From Deltaproteobacteria bacterium (GTDB lineage: Bacteria > Myxococcota_A > UBA9160 > SMWR01): DNA of 51,978 bases. The stretch covers positions 1-51,978 of the forward strand of contig JAFDEI010000005.1 of the NCBI GenBank assembly GCA_019310425.1, written 5' to 3'. Under the pieces are notes generated by a model. The model was not told where the DNA came from, did no database searches, and saw nothing but the letters and a program-made list of their open reading frames with translations. This document shows positions 38,995-47,561 of this stretch, one piece after another. Positions within the stretch are counted from its first letter, which is position 1. Every line of letters starts with the position of its first letter. The translations under genes and the position numbers were made by a program.

Positions 38995-39139
38995 GAGCCT
39001 GATCCGCCAGCCCGGGCGGCTTTCGACTGTGAAAGTTCTGTTGCGATTGGGCAGTGCCACTTGATGTAGCCGCCCGGGGTTCTCAAGCTGGACCGCGGAA
39101 GTCGCCGCATCCGGCGATATTCTTGCCAGGAGAACGACC

Positions 39140-40027
39140 CTGCTAAAGACGATCATCACTCGCTACGAGCGTGAACCCGACGAGCGAATCAACTGGTTCT
39201 GGAGCACGCCCTTCATTCTCATCCATCTGGCGCCCCTCGCGGCGATCTGGACCGGTGTTACGCGCTTCGATGTCGTGCTCTGCGCCTGGTTGTTCGTGCT
39301 GAAGATGTTCTTCATCACCGCCGGCTATCACCGCTACTTCTCGCACCGCGCCTTCAAGACGAGCCGCTTCATGCAGTTCGTGCTGGCTTTCGGCGGCGGG
39401 ATGGCCGCGCAGAAGGGTGCACTCTGGTGGGGAGCACACCACCGGCACCACCACGTCTATTCGGATCAGCCCGAAGACATCCACTCGCCCATGAAGGGGT
39501 TCTGGTGGAGTCACATCGCATGGATCACCTGCGACCGGTACAACGACACCGACTACGAGGCCATCAAGGACCTCGCGCGCTACCCCGAGCTTCGCTTCCT
39601 GAACGAGTATCACTGGGTCCCGCCGACCACACTCGCGATCATCTGCTTTCTGGCCGGCGGCTGGAGCGGCCTGTGGATCGGATTCTTCCTGTCGACCGTC
39701 CTGACCTATCACGCGACTTTCTTGATCAACTCTGCGACCCACCTGTTTGGAAGGCGGCGCTACGCGCTGACGGACACGAGCCGCAATTCGCTGGTGATGG
39801 CCTTGCTCACCTTCGGTGAGGGTTGGCACAACAACCATCATCACTATCAGGCCTCGGCGAACATGGGCTTCTACTGGTGGGAAATCGATATCTCCTACTA
39901 CATCCTCAAGCTGTTGAACTGGGTCGGCCTGGTCTGGGACCTGCGCGTTCCGCCGCAGGAGGCATTGGACTCGAACCGGGTCGCAGACGGCAACCCCGAT
40001 CTCGGGATGCTCGTGTTACAGGACTGA
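39140..40027 (+). CDS. Acyl-CoA/acyl-lipid delta-9-type desaturase, inferred CTG start
   Basis: His boxes GYHRYFSH, HRHHH, GEGWHNNHH. Frame extends 45 codons upstream of GTG 39275 to a CTG 7 nt after AGGAG. Confidence 0.92.
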   Translation: MLKTIITRYEREPDERINWFWSTPFILIHLAPLAAIWTGVTRFDVVLCAWLFVLKMFFITAGYHRYFSHRAFKTSRFMQFVLAFGGGMAAQKGALWWGAHHRHHHVYSDQPEDIHSPMKGFWWSHIAWITCDRYNDTDYEAIKDLARYPELRFLNEYHWVPPTTLAIICFLAGGWSGLWIGFFLSTVLTYHATFLINSATHLFGRRRYALTDTSRNSLVMALLTFGEGWHNNHHHYQASANMGFYWWEIDISYYILKLLNWVGLVWDLRVPPQEALDSNRVADGNPDLGMLVLQD

Positions 40028-40051
40028 GGCGCCTGCCGGTTCTGCGTGTCG

Positions 40052-41014
40052 CTATTCCAGCGAGGCGCGATGATGGGGCGAGCGCTTGAGGAGCCGGCGC
40101 ATGATCAGCCCGCCGAAGGGGCGCAGCACGAGGGGGTACAGGCGGGGAACCGTCGCTCGAAGCTCCTCGAGATAATCGGCGAAGCTGTGGCGTTGGAAGC
40201 GCAGCAGGCGCTGGGCCTCCGCGGTGTCCATGAAGTCCGTGTAATACGGCTGCCGGCTGTAGGCCGACTCCGGAAACGCGGGCATCCCCAGCAGCTCGGC
40301 GAAGCGCGCCCGCATTTCGCCGAATCGCAGGCGACAGCTCTCCCCGCCCGCGATCAGCAGAGTTCGCCCCAGAGCCTCATCGCAGCTCACGGCGTTGGCC
40401 ACGGCCAACCCCACGTCGCGGGTATGCACTATCTCGACCCGCTGGTCTTCGGGAATGTCGAAGGTCATCGGGTCGAAGCGTTTCGGCAGCTCGAGGGGGA
40501 GCACGCCGCCCAGTCGCAGGATGGTCCAGTCGAGGCCGGATTCGCGCACCAACTCCTCGGTCTCGATCTTGTGTGCGGTGTAGGTATCGCTCGCCTTCAC
40601 CGGGTGGGCCGCGGTGACGGGCGGATCGTCTTCCGGGCCGCGCGGCCCGGCGACCGTGACCGACGAGGTGTAGATCAGCCGCGGAGGGGAGGGGAGGGCT
40701 CGCATGGCGGCGATCAGGTTCTGTGTCCCGCCCACGTTGATCTCGCGGGCCCACTCCGGCCGGCGCTCGCTCTCCGGCGGAATTACGAAGGCGATATGCG
40801 CGACGGCGTCCACACCCGCCACGGCACGCGCCAGATCAGGGGGATTGCGGATGTCGCCCCAGAGGACCTCGACGCGGTCGCCGCATCGCCGGGCCGCCCG
40901 CCGGGCCGCGCGGCTGCGCAGGTCGAAGGCCCTCACCCGATGCCCCTGCGCCAGCAGCTCGACGAGCGTGCTCCAGCCCACGTTTCCGAAGGCTCCGGTC
41001 ACCAACACCCGCAT
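40052..41014 (-). CDS. NAD-dependent epimerase/dehydratase (3beta-HSD-like extended SDR)
   Basis: MRVLVTGAFGNVG, GDI, YTSS, YTAHK, WTILR; GAGGAG SD. Confidence 0.9.
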   Translation of the reverse strand: MRVLVTGAFGNVGWSTLVELLAQGHRVRAFDLRSRAARRAARRCGDRVEVLWGDIRNPPDLARAVAGVDAVAHIAFVIPPESERRPEWAREINVGGTQNLIAAMRALPSPPRLIYTSSVTVAGPRGPEDDPPVTAAHPVKASDTYTAHKIETEELVRESGLDWTILRLGGVLPLELPKRFDPMTFDIPEDQRVEIVHTRDVGLAVANAVSCDEALGRTLLIAGGESCRLRFGEMRARFAELLGMPAFPESAYSRQPYYTDFMDTAEAQRLLRFQRHSFADYLEELRATVPRLYPLVLRPFGGLIMRRLLKRSPHHRASLE

Positions 41015-41160
41015 CGTCTCGCACTCCTCTCGTCCCGACTTCAGCTCGCGCGGCCCTGATTTCTCGCGCGTCGGACGGAAAGGTAGCCGAACGTCAACCT
41101 GCCCGGAAACGAGAGTCACGATGTAGAGTTGCCTGTGGACCAGGGACGAGGAGAATTTCG

Positions 41161-43062
41161 ATGTCGTTCAACGGGGAAGTCGGTCCTTCGGTGGCACGCG
41201 CCTTCCTTGCACTCGTGATCGGGTATGCCCTGAGCATCGCGACTCCTGCCGCCGCTGAGAAGCAGTTGCTCTGGGGAGACACGCACGTTCACACTTCGAA
41301 CTCCTTCGATGCGTACTTGAACCTGAACATGACTGCGGACCCGGATACCGCGTATCGTTTTGCGAAGGGCCTGCCGGTCGTTCATCCGGGGAACCGCGCT
41401 CGCGTTCAGCTCGAAACACCGCTCGATTTTCTGGTGGTGGCCGACCACGCGGAATATCTCGGGGTGGTTCGCTACATCCGCGAAAGGGGAATCCCCCGAG
41501 ACGAACTCGGGATCCTTGAATCGCTCGGGGCATGGGCCGGGGAGTGGTGGCTCGACCGGGTAATCGACAACGACGAAGGGAGGGCAGCGTTTTCTTCACT
41601 TCTCCCGAAGACGAACGACGTCTCGACGGAAGCGGCGGAGCCGATCCGAGTGCCGGTTCCGGCGGCGGAGGCAATGACCCGCACGATCTGGGAAGAAATG
41701 ATCGAGACCGCTGATATCCACAACGAACCAGGCCGCTTTACGACGCTCATTGGATGGGAGTGGAGTTCGATCCCGGCTGGAGCGAACCTCCACCGGGTTG
41801 TCTTTACGAGTGCGGACGCCGGTGTCGCGGGAAAGTTTCTCCCCTACGCGTCGACGATCAGTAAATACCCGGAAGATCTCTGGAAGTGGCTCGACGAGAC
41901 CGCCGCCGAGACAGGTGCCGACTTCACTTCGATTCCGCACAATTCGAATATCTCGAAGGGGTACATGTTTCCTTCGAATGATCGGCTTCGGGGTACACCG
42001 ATCGACGAAGCTTGGGTGAAGCAGCGCGCGAAATGGGAGACGGTTGCCGAGGTGACCCAGTACAAGGGGGATTCGGAGACGCACCCAAGCGTCTCTCCCG
42101 ACGACCCCTTTGCAGATTTCGAAACCTATCCTCACTATATTCAACAGCATGCGCCTGAGTACGATCCAAGGCCCGGCGATTTCATTCGCTCGGCGCTGCT
42201 GATGGGGCTCGCGATCGAGGAGCGAATTGGCTTCAACCCCTATCGCTTCGGGTTGATCGGCTCGACGGATTCGCACACCGGACTCGCAACCGCGGAGGAA
42301 CCGAACTTCTGGGGAAAGTTCGCTCGGGACTCGACGCCCGAGAAGAAGACGGGCGATCGGAGCCGTGCGAAGGGCCCGAATGGCTGGTCCATGTCCGCAT
42401 CGGGCCTTGCCGCCGTATGGGCCGAGGAGAATACACGCGACGCAATTCTTCGCGCATTCAAGCGCCGCGAGGTGTATGCCACGACGGGACCGCGCATCGC
42501 AGTTCGGCTCTTCGGAGGTCCGGGCATCAAGCCCGGCGACGAGGCTGCCCAGGATGTCGCCGGAGTCGGCAGGGCAGGGGGCGTGCCGATGGGCGGGGAA
42601 CTCTCTTCGCTCACGAGCCCGCCGGGTTTCTTGATTCATGTGGCGAAGGATCCAGAGGGAGCGAATCTCGATCGCGTTCAGATGGTCAAAGGATGGATCG
42701 AAGCGGGTGTCACGCATGAGACAGTTCATGACGTCGCCTGGTCGGGTGTGCGAACAATGGATTCGCAAGGTCGCCCGGCAAGCATTCCCGATACCGTCGA
42801 TCCCGCGACTGCGACCTACTCGAACGAGTACGGCGCGGCGACGTTCGCAACCGTGTGGACCGATCCAGATTTTGATCCCCAGATTCGCTGCTTCTATTAC
42901 CTGCGTGTTCTCGAGATCCCAACGCCGCGTCACTCCCTCCGCGACGCCATAGCACTCGGCATCGATCCGAAGGAGACGGGCCACCCAGTCTCGATACAAG
43001 AGCGTGCCTACACCTCGCCGATCCAGTACCGGCCCCAGCCGAGCAGAGGAAAGGCGAAGTAG
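41161..43062 (+). CDS. DUF3604-domain protein, signal peptide, intact
   Basis: Signal ending AAA; WGDTHVHTSNSFDA, LDFLVVADHAE, NLHRVV, IPHNSN, QYKGDSE, GSTDSH, EVYATTG, ERAYTSPI. Confidence 0.9.
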   Translation: MSFNGEVGPSVARAFLALVIGYALSIATPAAAEKQLLWGDTHVHTSNSFDAYLNLNMTADPDTAYRFAKGLPVVHPGNRARVQLETPLDFLVVADHAEYLGVVRYIRERGIPRDELGILESLGAWAGEWWLDRVIDNDEGRAAFSSLLPKTNDVSTEAAEPIRVPVPAAEAMTRTIWEEMIETADIHNEPGRFTTLIGWEWSSIPAGANLHRVVFTSADAGVAGKFLPYASTISKYPEDLWKWLDETAAETGADFTSIPHNSNISKGYMFPSNDRLRGTPIDEAWVKQRAKWETVAEVTQYKGDSETHPSVSPDDPFADFETYPHYIQQHAPEYDPRPGDFIRSALLMGLAIEERIGFNPYRFGLIGSTDSHTGLATAEEPNFWGKFARDSTPEKKTGDRSRAKGPNGWSMSASGLAAVWAEENTRDAILRAFKRREVYATTGPRIAVRLFGGPGIKPGDEAAQDVAGVGRAGGVPMGGELSSLTSPPGFLIHVAKDPEGANLDRVQMVKGWIEAGVTHETVHDVAWSGVRTMDSQGRPASIPDTVDPATATYSNEYGAATFATVWTDPDFDPQIRCFYYLRVLEIPTPRHSLRDAIALGIDPKETGHPVSIQERAYTSPIQYRPQPSRGKAK

Positions 43063-43223
43063 GCTCAGGCGAATGCGAAGCATCATCGATGCGGGCCGAT
43101 CCTCCCGATCCTTCAGCCGGATGTCTTCGAGATCGACCGCGCAATTACCATCGCGGAAAATCGTGTGGGAACTCAGGGGCGAGAGTGTGCGCAGCGTCAC
43201 ATTCGTACGGCATCGGTCTTCCG

Positions 43224-43994
43224 ATGCGCAGAACGATGCCGCGAGAGATCCTGTCGACGCCTTCTGAATTCACTCCCGTGCGCACCCTCGCCGCCATGCG
43301 CGAGATGGCTCGGCTTTCGGGACGCTTGCAGGCCATGGGGATTCCGGTCGCGGAACTCGAGTCCTCGACGGGATTGCCTGCACTGTGGCTCGATCGCGGC
43401 GTCCTGAATCGACCCGCCGCGGTATTGTCGACCGAGCTCGATCCCGACGCATTCGAGGAAGCGCTGGATGTGGTCTGTCGTCTGGCCGCGGGCCGGCCGC
43501 TCAGCCTGTTGCCGTACGGCGCACCGCTCCCGCACCCCGAGCGTCTGCATCTTCGCGACGGTGACGTCGCGCTGCCGATCTACGAGCCACTCGATCCGAG
43601 CGCATTGCGATTCCAGGTGAATCGCGCCATTGCTCCGATCGCAGCGCCCGATCGCGGCGCTCACCGCGCTCCGATCGAGCTGGAAGTACTCCTGAAGATC
43701 GGCATGCGCTCACGGATGTCGCGTGTCTACACGCTGTCGTCGCGGGGTGCGTTCCTGCTGCTGGACCGACCGTTGCGTCCGGGTCGTCGCGTTTATCTCG
43801 AAGTACCGGTAGGCGGTGCCAACCACCCGCGCGCATCCGGACGGGTGATGTTCGTGAATCGGGTGAACGCGCCCGCGTACCCCGATCTGCCTGCGGGCGT
43901 CGCGCTCCGCTTCGACCGCGTCGACGCGATTGCCGCCTGCGCGATCGACCACCTCGTCGAACGGCGCTTGAGCGCGCTCGAGATCCAGGGCTAG
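43224..43994 (+). CDS. PilZ-domain protein with an uncharacterised N-terminal domain
   Basis: RGAHRAPI (RxxxR), TLSSRGAFL, GRV...GVALRF. Start uncertain (43224 or 43236). Confidence 0.7.
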   Translation: MRRTMPREILSTPSEFTPVRTLAAMREMARLSGRLQAMGIPVAELESSTGLPALWLDRGVLNRPAAVLSTELDPDAFEEALDVVCRLAAGRPLSLLPYGAPLPHPERLHLRDGDVALPIYEPLDPSALRFQVNRAIAPIAAPDRGAHRAPIELEVLLKIGMRSRMSRVYTLSSRGAFLLLDRPLRPGRRVYLEVPVGGANHPRASGRVMFVNRVNAPAYPDLPAGVALRFDRVDAIAACAIDHLVERRLSALEIQG

Positions 43995-44165
43995 CTGCGC
44001 GTTGGCCGCTCTGCGGCCAACGCTTCCGCCCGGCGTCTGATGTGCCGTGCGGGTCTTCGCCTCGCTGCGCGTTGGCGCTCTGCGGCCAACGCTTCCGCCC
44101 GGCGTCTGATGTGCCGTGCGGGTCTTCGCCTCTCTGCGCGGTTGGCCGACCGCGGCCATTGCTTC
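43994..44165. repeat. Tandem palindromic (REP/BIME-like) repeat, about 2.5 copies of a 70-bp unit
   Basis: Units 43994-44063 and 44064-44132 differ by one base; degenerate third copy to about 44165. Hairpin GCGTTGGCCGC-TCT-GCGGCCAACGC is perfect in unit 1. Confidence 0.9.
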
Positions 44166-44206
44166 TGAGACGCCGCGGGGGAATCTCCGTGTTTCCCACT
44201 CTCAGT

Positions 44207-45922
44207 TCATTCGACGCCGAGCGCGTCGCGTGCGGCGACGTAGCCGAAGGTGGTGGCGGGGCCGAGTGTCGCACCCGGCCCGGGGTAGGTGCGCCCCATC
44301 ACCGATGCCGAACAGTTTCCGGTCGCGTAGAGGCCCGGAATGACGTTGCCGCTCTCGTTCAACACACGTGCCTTCGCGTCGACGAGCAAGCCGCCCTTGG
44401 TGCCGAGTTCACCCGGCCAGGTGCGCATCGCGTAGAAGGGCGCCTTGTCGATCGGGCCGAGGTTCGGGTTCGGCTTCTGATTCAGGTCGCCGTAGTACTG
44501 GTCGAAAATGGTATCGCCGCGGCCATACTCCGTGTCGACGCCGGTCTTCGCGTACTCGTTCATCTTCGCGACCGTCTCTTCGACGCCATCCGCGTCGATG
44601 CCGAGTTTCTCGGCGAGTTCGCGCAGGTTGTCGGCCTTCACGATCAGGTTCATCACGTCCTTCGGCGCGGCCCAGTCCGGCTGCTGCTGGCCTGGAAGCA
44701 GCGGCCCGACTGGGTACTTGTTGCGGAAGTTCGAGTCGAATATCAGGTAACTCGGAATCGTCTCGGCCTCGGGAGAGTTTTTCGCGTACATCGCGGCGAC
44801 CTTGTCGCCGTACGGCGAGGCCTCGTTCACGAAGCGTTGCCCCTTCTTGTTCACGAGCACGCTGCCCGGAAGCGAGAGCTCGATCACGAAGAAGCGTGCG
44901 CGATCGTCGGCCGGGAACTTCACGGCCGGTCCCCACCAGGCCTCGTCCATCAGGCCGATGGCCGCGCCCGCGTCGATGCCCATGTTGATGATGTCACCGG
45001 TGTTGTTCGGGTTGGCAGAGGTCCACTCGGCCTTCGACGGTTGCGGCAGGTATTTATCGCGCATGGCCTGGTTGGCCTCGAAGCCGCCCGCTGCGAGGAT
45101 GACGGCCTTCTCAGCGCGGATGCGGATGCGCTTGCCGTTGCGTTCGGCTTCGACACCGACCACGCGGTCGCCCTCGAAGATCAACTCCGTCGCAGGTGTC
45201 TCGAGCCAGAGCGGGATATCGCGGTCCATCAGCGAGCGCCGCAGCATGGCGACGAGCGCGTTTCCCATCGCGAGGTTGCGATCGCGCCCCGATTTGAAGC
45301 GCCACGGAATGTCGAGCAGGTAGCGGAAGAAGAGCCGCGCGATGGTCCACATCCAGCCCTTGGTGCGGGCCAGCGAGATGCGCGCCTCCGGAATCGTCAT
45401 CGAAATGCGCCCGAGGATCTGCTGCTGCGGAGCGCTCTCGCGCATCTTCACGAATTCGTCGCCGAGTTCCTTGCCGTTGATGTTCACCGGGTCGAGGCAG
45501 CGGCCGCCCGGTGTACTGCCTTCGACGCGCGGGTAGTAGTCCGCGTACTCCAGCAGCGGGATGAATTCCGCGCGCGTCTTCTCGCAGAGGTATTCGAGCA
45601 GCTTCGGGGCATTATCGAGGTAGGCGTGCAGCCGATCGTCGGGAGTCGCGTCGCCGACGCAGCCCTTGAAGTACTTCCAGGCGGCTTCGGGTGTGTCCTG
45701 CATGCCGGCTTCGCGGGCGAGGTGGTTGCACGGGATCCAGAGTCCGCCGCCCGACATCGCCGAGGAGCCGCCGTACTGCTCGCCCTTTTCGATCAACAGC
45801 ACATTCGCGCCGGCATCATGGGCGACGAGCCCCGCCGTCATCGCCCCCGCACCCGAACCGACGACCAGCAAATCGACGCTGTGGTCCCAGCTTTCGCCCA
45901 TGTTGTTACCCGATTCCGTCAC
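44207..45922 (-). CDS. kstD: 3-ketosteroid delta1-dehydrogenase-like flavoprotein
   Basis: VVGSGAG, GGSSAMSGGGLWIP, YADYYP, RFVNEASPY, LGTKGGL, YPGPGATLGPA. Start may be ATG 45901. Confidence 0.8.
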   Translation of the reverse strand: MTESGNNMGESWDHSVDLLVVGSGAGAMTAGLVAHDAGANVLLIEKGEQYGGSSAMSGGGLWIPCNHLAREAGMQDTPEAAWKYFKGCVGDATPDDRLHAYLDNAPKLLEYLCEKTRAEFIPLLEYADYYPRVEGSTPGGRCLDPVNINGKELGDEFVKMRESAPQQQILGRISMTIPEARISLARTKGWMWTIARLFFRYLLDIPWRFKSGRDRNLAMGNALVAMLRRSLMDRDIPLWLETPATELIFEGDRVVGVEAERNGKRIRIRAEKAVILAAGGFEANQAMRDKYLPQPSKAEWTSANPNNTGDIINMGIDAGAAIGLMDEAWWGPAVKFPADDRARFFVIELSLPGSVLVNKKGQRFVNEASPYGDKVAAMYAKNSPEAETIPSYLIFDSNFRNKYPVGPLLPGQQQPDWAAPKDVMNLIVKADNLRELAEKLGIDADGVEETVAKMNEYAKTGVDTEYGRGDTIFDQYYGDLNQKPNPNLGPIDKAPFYAMRTWPGELGTKGGLLVDAKARVLNESGNVIPGLYATGNCSASVMGRTYPGPGATLGPATTFGYVAARDALGVE

Positions 45923-46193
45923 TGTGCCCGTCCTCCCACCCGGATGCTCCCATCAGTGGGAGTGTTCCGCGTCCGGAGTCCGTCCTGGCGGGATACCGGA
46001 AGCAGGTAAAGACATTAGGTCAGGTGCGGGAGGTAAATCCAAGGCAGTACGGGATTTTCTCGGTGTGTGCGGCCCGGGGGGGGTGGCTAGTACACTGGCG
46101 GCGCGCCGGCGTGGCGTGCGGCGCCCCCGTGGTGCGCGGGGTGCCGGAGGGTTTGCTGGAGACCGACGGTGTCTGCGGCAGCGGGGAGGGGCG

Positions 46194-47561
46194 ATGGGTG
46201 CGGCGGAAGCGGAAGGTGTCGCAAGCTCGCAGCGTGCCGGCACGTCGCGCGCGCGTAGGCGCGCGATTGCGGCTGCGCTGGCGGTGACCGCTGGCATCGT
46301 GAACCTCGCGATCGCGTTCCACTTCGAAGGCCTGAAGGGTTTCAATCAGCTCGACCTGTTCTTCAATGCCGATGCGTCTGCACGCTTGCACTGCATGGTT
46401 GAGAATCGCTGCGGTGGGCGGTCCTCGTTCTCGCATCCCAACCTCGCCTCGTTCGTGAACCCGCCGATTCGGGTGGCGGCGTTCGCGATCTCGCTCGGCG
46501 GCGCGACCGGAACCCCGCCCGCGCGCGCGCGTCGCATGGTCGCGCTCTGCGTGAGCCCGCTCGCCTCAGCGGTGAAGGCGCCGATCGTCTTCTATGTGCT
46601 GCTCGGCCTCGGTCTCGCGCTTTCGCAGGCGGGGCTGCTCGCGTTGCTGAGCGCGGTCTCGTTCAGTCAGCTCGCGTTCGGCAGCATCCCCGAGTCGTTT
46701 GCGCTGTCCGGCGCGTTACTCGCGGCCGCCTATCTGCTCGCACTCCGCTGCATGCGTGTACGCGACCGGCGTCTGTGGCCATGGGTCGCGATCGGCGTTC
46801 TCGCCACGGGAGTCACCGTTTCGAATCTCGTGGCTGTTGCAATCCTGTTCGGGGTCGTGGGGCTCGCGGCAGGCGAGCGCCTGAGGATCGTATTCGGGCG
46901 CACAGGCGGGGTCGTCGTACTCGTGCTGCTGCCGACAATCGCGGTGACTGCAATTTTCGGAGCCGGCTATCAGCTGAAAGGTGTCGATATCGCGGGTGGC
47001 AGCGAGTACACGCAGCGCTGGATGAAACTCCACCGGACCGTCGACCGAGCCACTTCCATGCCCAGCGCCCTCGCTCACACATTCGCCGCGCCCGAGCCGG
47101 GCCTCGGGCGGAACCTGCCGGCCCGGCTCGGGGGGTCGAGGTACCAGTACCGCTTCCTCACTGCGCATCGCGAGCAGCGCTTCTGCTTCGATCACTGGCT
47201 GGGCGCCATCTTCATCGGGTTGTTCGCGATCGGGGCTTTCGGATACCGCCGGGCGCCGCCGCCTGCACGCTGGCTCTGCGGTGCTTCCCTCGCGATCCTG
47301 GTGTTCAACTGGGGACTCCACTCGGTCTGGGGCGTCGACTTGATCCTTTATTCGCAACACTGGCAGATGGCGCTGATGGTGCTGCTCGCGGGGCTCTACA
47401 GCGCGTTCCCATCCTCGTCGAACTTGTTGACCCTTGTGCTGTGCGCTTTGCTGGTTGCGACCGGTCTCGAGAACCTGCGATCGGGAGCTGCGATGACGAC
47501 CGCGATGCAGGTCGAGCATCGCGGGTCGGGGGAGCATTCCAGCTTGAAGGATTACCGCTGA
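46194..47561 (+). CDS. Polytopic membrane protein of unknown function (GT-C-like layout)
   Basis: GGGAGG SD; about 10-11 hydrophobic segments; FFNAD...SHP loop after TM1, IPESF. Confidence 0.65.
   Translation: MGAAEAEGVASSQRAGTSRARRRAIAAALAVTAGIVNLAIAFHFEGLKGFNQLDLFFNADASARLHCMVENRCGGRSSFSHPNLASFVNPPIRVAAFAISLGGATGTPPARARRMVALCVSPLASAVKAPIVFYVLLGLGLALSQAGLLALLSAVSFSQLAFGSIPESFALSGALLAAAYLLALRCMRVRDRRLWPWVAIGVLATGVTVSNLVAVAILFGVVGLAAGERLRIVFGRTGGVVVLVLLPTIAVTAIFGAGYQLKGVDIAGGSEYTQRWMKLHRTVDRATSMPSALAHTFAAPEPGLGRNLPARLGGSRYQYRFLTAHREQRFCFDHWLGAIFIGLFAIGAFGYRRAPPPARWLCGASLAILVFNWGLHSVWGVDLILYSQHWQMALMVLLAGLYSAFPSSSNLLTLVLCALLVATGLENLRSGAAMTTAMQVEHRGSGEHSSLKDYR

Noticed and set aside
43994-44165. 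Possible CRISPR mini-array
   Set aside because: The intervening sequences are identical rather than unique spacers, there are only about 2.5 units, and no cas genes are present.
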